Under the pieces are notes generated by a model. It was not told where the DNA came from, made no database searches, and saw only the letters and a program-made list of their open reading frames with translations. Below are positions 61,925-64,000 of a stretch of 64,000 nt of DNA, in pieces; within the stretch, counting starts at the first letter, position 1, and each line of letters opens with the position of its first letter. A program made the translations under genes and the position numbers. Origin of the DNA: Nitrospirota bacterium (GTDB lineage: Bacteria; Nitrospirota; UBA9217); the NCBI GenBank assembly GCA_963796285.1, contig CAWCKW010000003.1, positions 1-64,000 on the forward strand. The letters run 5' to 3'.

Positions 61925-64000
61925 CTATTTTTCATCCAGGATCTCCCGCACCTTTCGCAGGAGGTCGTTCATGTCGACCGGCTTGAGGAGAAAGTTCACA
62001 TCTTTTTCCAGCAGTCCTTGTTTATGCATGACATCGGCGGTGTATCCGCTCAGGAACAGCGCCTTGATAGTGGGCTCGAAGATCCTGATCTTTTCATAGA
62101 CCTCTTTTCCGTTCTTTTTCGGCATAATAACGTCGAGGAGGAGCAGTTTGATCTTGCCCCGGTTGGCCATGAATTTATTGACGGCATCCTCCCCGTTTTC
62201 CGCAGCAATAACAGTATAGCCGCTCTGCACCAGCATGCTGGTCATAAAGCCTCTCACGATCTCATCGTCCTCAGCAACAAGAATGGTTTCCGATCCACCT
62301 TCGATGGGCGGCGATACGGCTGGTTGCGTTTCTTCCGTCGTCGTTTGAGCAGCCGGCAGATAGATCCTGAACGTGCTCCCCCTTCCGACCTCGCTATCGA
62401 CCTCGATAACGCCGTTGTGCTGTCTGATGATGCCATATACCATGGCAAGTCCCAGACCCGTGCCCTGGCCCACTTCTTTTGTCGTGAAGAAGGGTTCGAA
62501 GATATGCTCTTTGGTTTTCTGTTCCATGCCCATACCCGAATCCGTCACGGCGATCAGGGCGTATGTCCCGGGCTTGCGCAGATCGCGGGCCTTTGCAGCT
62601 TCCTCGTCCAGGTATACCAGCCGGGTTTCCATATACACATATCCGCCGTCCGGCATCGCATCACGCGCATTCGTCACGAGATTTATCAGAACATACTCTA
62701 TCTGCCCGGCGTCCGCCATGACGGTTACTTCCTGATCGATCAGGACGCTCTTAAGCTCCACGTCCTCGCCGATGAGCCTTTCGAGAAGCTGCTCCACTTT
62801 CCGGATAATGTTGTTAATGTTCACAAGCTGTATGTTCAGGACCTGTTTTCTGCTGTAGGCAAGAAGCCCCTTGGTCAGGTTGGCGGCACGGTTTGCCGAG
62901 GCAAGGATCTGAGCAACATAGTGCCGAAGCGGTTCATCCTCCTTCATTTTCATCTGTAAGAGGCTTCCGTATCCGATGATCGCAGTGAGGATATTGTTGA
63001 AGTCATGGGAAATCCCGCCGGCAAGGGTGCCGATGGATTCCATCTTCTGGGACTGGCGGAGCTGCTCCTCAAGCAGTTTCCGCTCTGAAATGTCGATACC
63101 TACGCCCACGAGATAACGCTTGTCATTCATGCTCATCCGAAATCCCGTGAGAAGGAAGGGAATGCGTGCGCCGCGCTTCGTAAGGATCCTGACCTCGGCG
63201 GAAGCCTTGCCGGTATCAAATACTTCTTTCATTTTGCTTAGTATCAGATCCCAGTCCTCGAGAAAAAGATTTCGTAAATTAATTCTTGACAACTCTTCAC
63301 CAGAATAGCCGGTCGTCTCTTGAACATTGTTGTTCCATTGGATCAAAGTCCCCTGTTCATCGCAGATATAGAACATCCCCGGCAGGCTGTCAATGACCGT
63401 ATCTGAGAATTTTTTCTCCTGCAGAAGCGCTCCCTCCGCCTTCCGGTGCTCGGTGACATCAATGCCCGTGGCGATCACATACTCGACCGAGCCGTCCTTG
63501 TCAAGGAGTGCGGTGTTCGACCACGCGATCAGCTTTCTCTGTCCGTCCTTCGCCACCCAGTAGTTTTCGTATCTGTTCGGAAACTTTCCTGATGCCAGGT
63601 TCTTGAATACGCCCTTGACCCCTTCCACCTGTTCAGGGGGGATGAGAAAATCCCAGATAAAACGGTCCCGGACCTCTGCGAACCGATATCCGCTTACCTC
63701 CTCGCAGGTACGGTTGAAGCGGACGATCCTGCCGTCACGGTCGAGCACGAGGACAATAGAGCCGACCGTGTCCAGCACCGTAGACATGAAATCGCGCTCT
63801 TTCTTGAGAGCCTCTTCTGCCTTCTTTTGCTCGGTGACGTCACGGGTTATGCCGAGTAGGGCAATAATATCATTTCCCTCGTTGCGGAGGGGCACTGCAT
63901 GGGTATTGAGCCAGAGATGCCTCCCCTTGACACCGGCCACCTCAAAGGTGAGGTTCCCTGACTTTCCCTGGAAGACCTCGTCCGTGAGTTTTTTGAATGC
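61925..64000 (-). CDS. multi-PAS hybrid histidine kinase (CckA-like); 5' end beyond the window
   Basis: PAS/PAC repeats, 'HDFNNIL', 'EPFFTTK', C-terminal receiver. Confidence 0.93.
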   Translation of the reverse strand, partial: AFKKLTDEVFQGKSGNLTFEVAGVKGRHLWLNTHAVPLRNEGNDIIALLGITRDVTEQKKAEEALKKERDFMSTVLDTVGSIVLVLDRDGRIVRFNRTCEEVSGYRFAEVRDRFIWDFLIPPEQVEGVKGVFKNLASGKFPNRYENYWVAKDGQRKLIAWSNTALLDKDGSVEYVIATGIDVTEHRKAEGALLQEKKFSDTVIDSLPGMFYICDEQGTLIQWNNNVQETTGYSGEELSRINLRNLFLEDWDLILSKMKEVFDTGKASAEVRILTKRGARIPFLLTGFRMSMNDKRYLVGVGIDISERKLLEEQLRQSQKMESIGTLAGGISHDFNNILTAIIGYGSLLQMKMKEDEPLRHYVAQILASANRAANLTKGLLAYSRKQVLNIQLVNINNIIRKVEQLLERLIGEDVELKSVLIDQEVTVMADAGQIEYVLINLVTNARDAMPDGGYVYMETRLVYLDEEAAKARDLRKPGTYALIAVTDSGMGMEQKTKEHIFEPFFTTKEVGQGTGLGLAMVYGIIRQHNGVIEVDSEVGRGSTFRIYLPAAQTTTEETQPAVSPPIEGGSETILVAEDDEIVRGFMTSMLVQSGYTVIAAENGEDAVNKFMANRGKIKLLLLDVIMPKKNGKEVYEKIRIFEPTIKALFLSGYTADVMHKQGLLEKDVNFLLKPVDMNDLLRKVREILDEK

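Overview
64 kb of a GC-rich bacterial chromosome; the gene set resembles Nitrospirota or deltaproteobacteria (inference). Scattered single-base frameshifts suggest long-read indel errors. From left to right: (1) a low-GC defence-like cluster (DUF2075 helicase-like gene, NUDIX, McrA-like HNH, Septu-like ATPase plus HNH). (2) A complete IS1111-type IS110-family element; its downstream non-coding RNA carries guides that visibly match its own target and donor junctions. (3) A long accessory region with stress, redox, envelope and signalling genes, including a sigma54-driven, tandemly duplicated REC-DUF4388-Roadblock module. (4) Integrase-less island remnants at the tmRNA 3' end. (5) A conserved yggS-proC-yggT-divIVA-yggU operon. 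The most unusual signal is non-coding: a family of ~185-nt long hairpins with strand-specific G-U pairs and compensatory changes. It occurs as dispersed copies and as a ~428-bp-period tandem array with variable linkers, and I cannot assign it to a known family.
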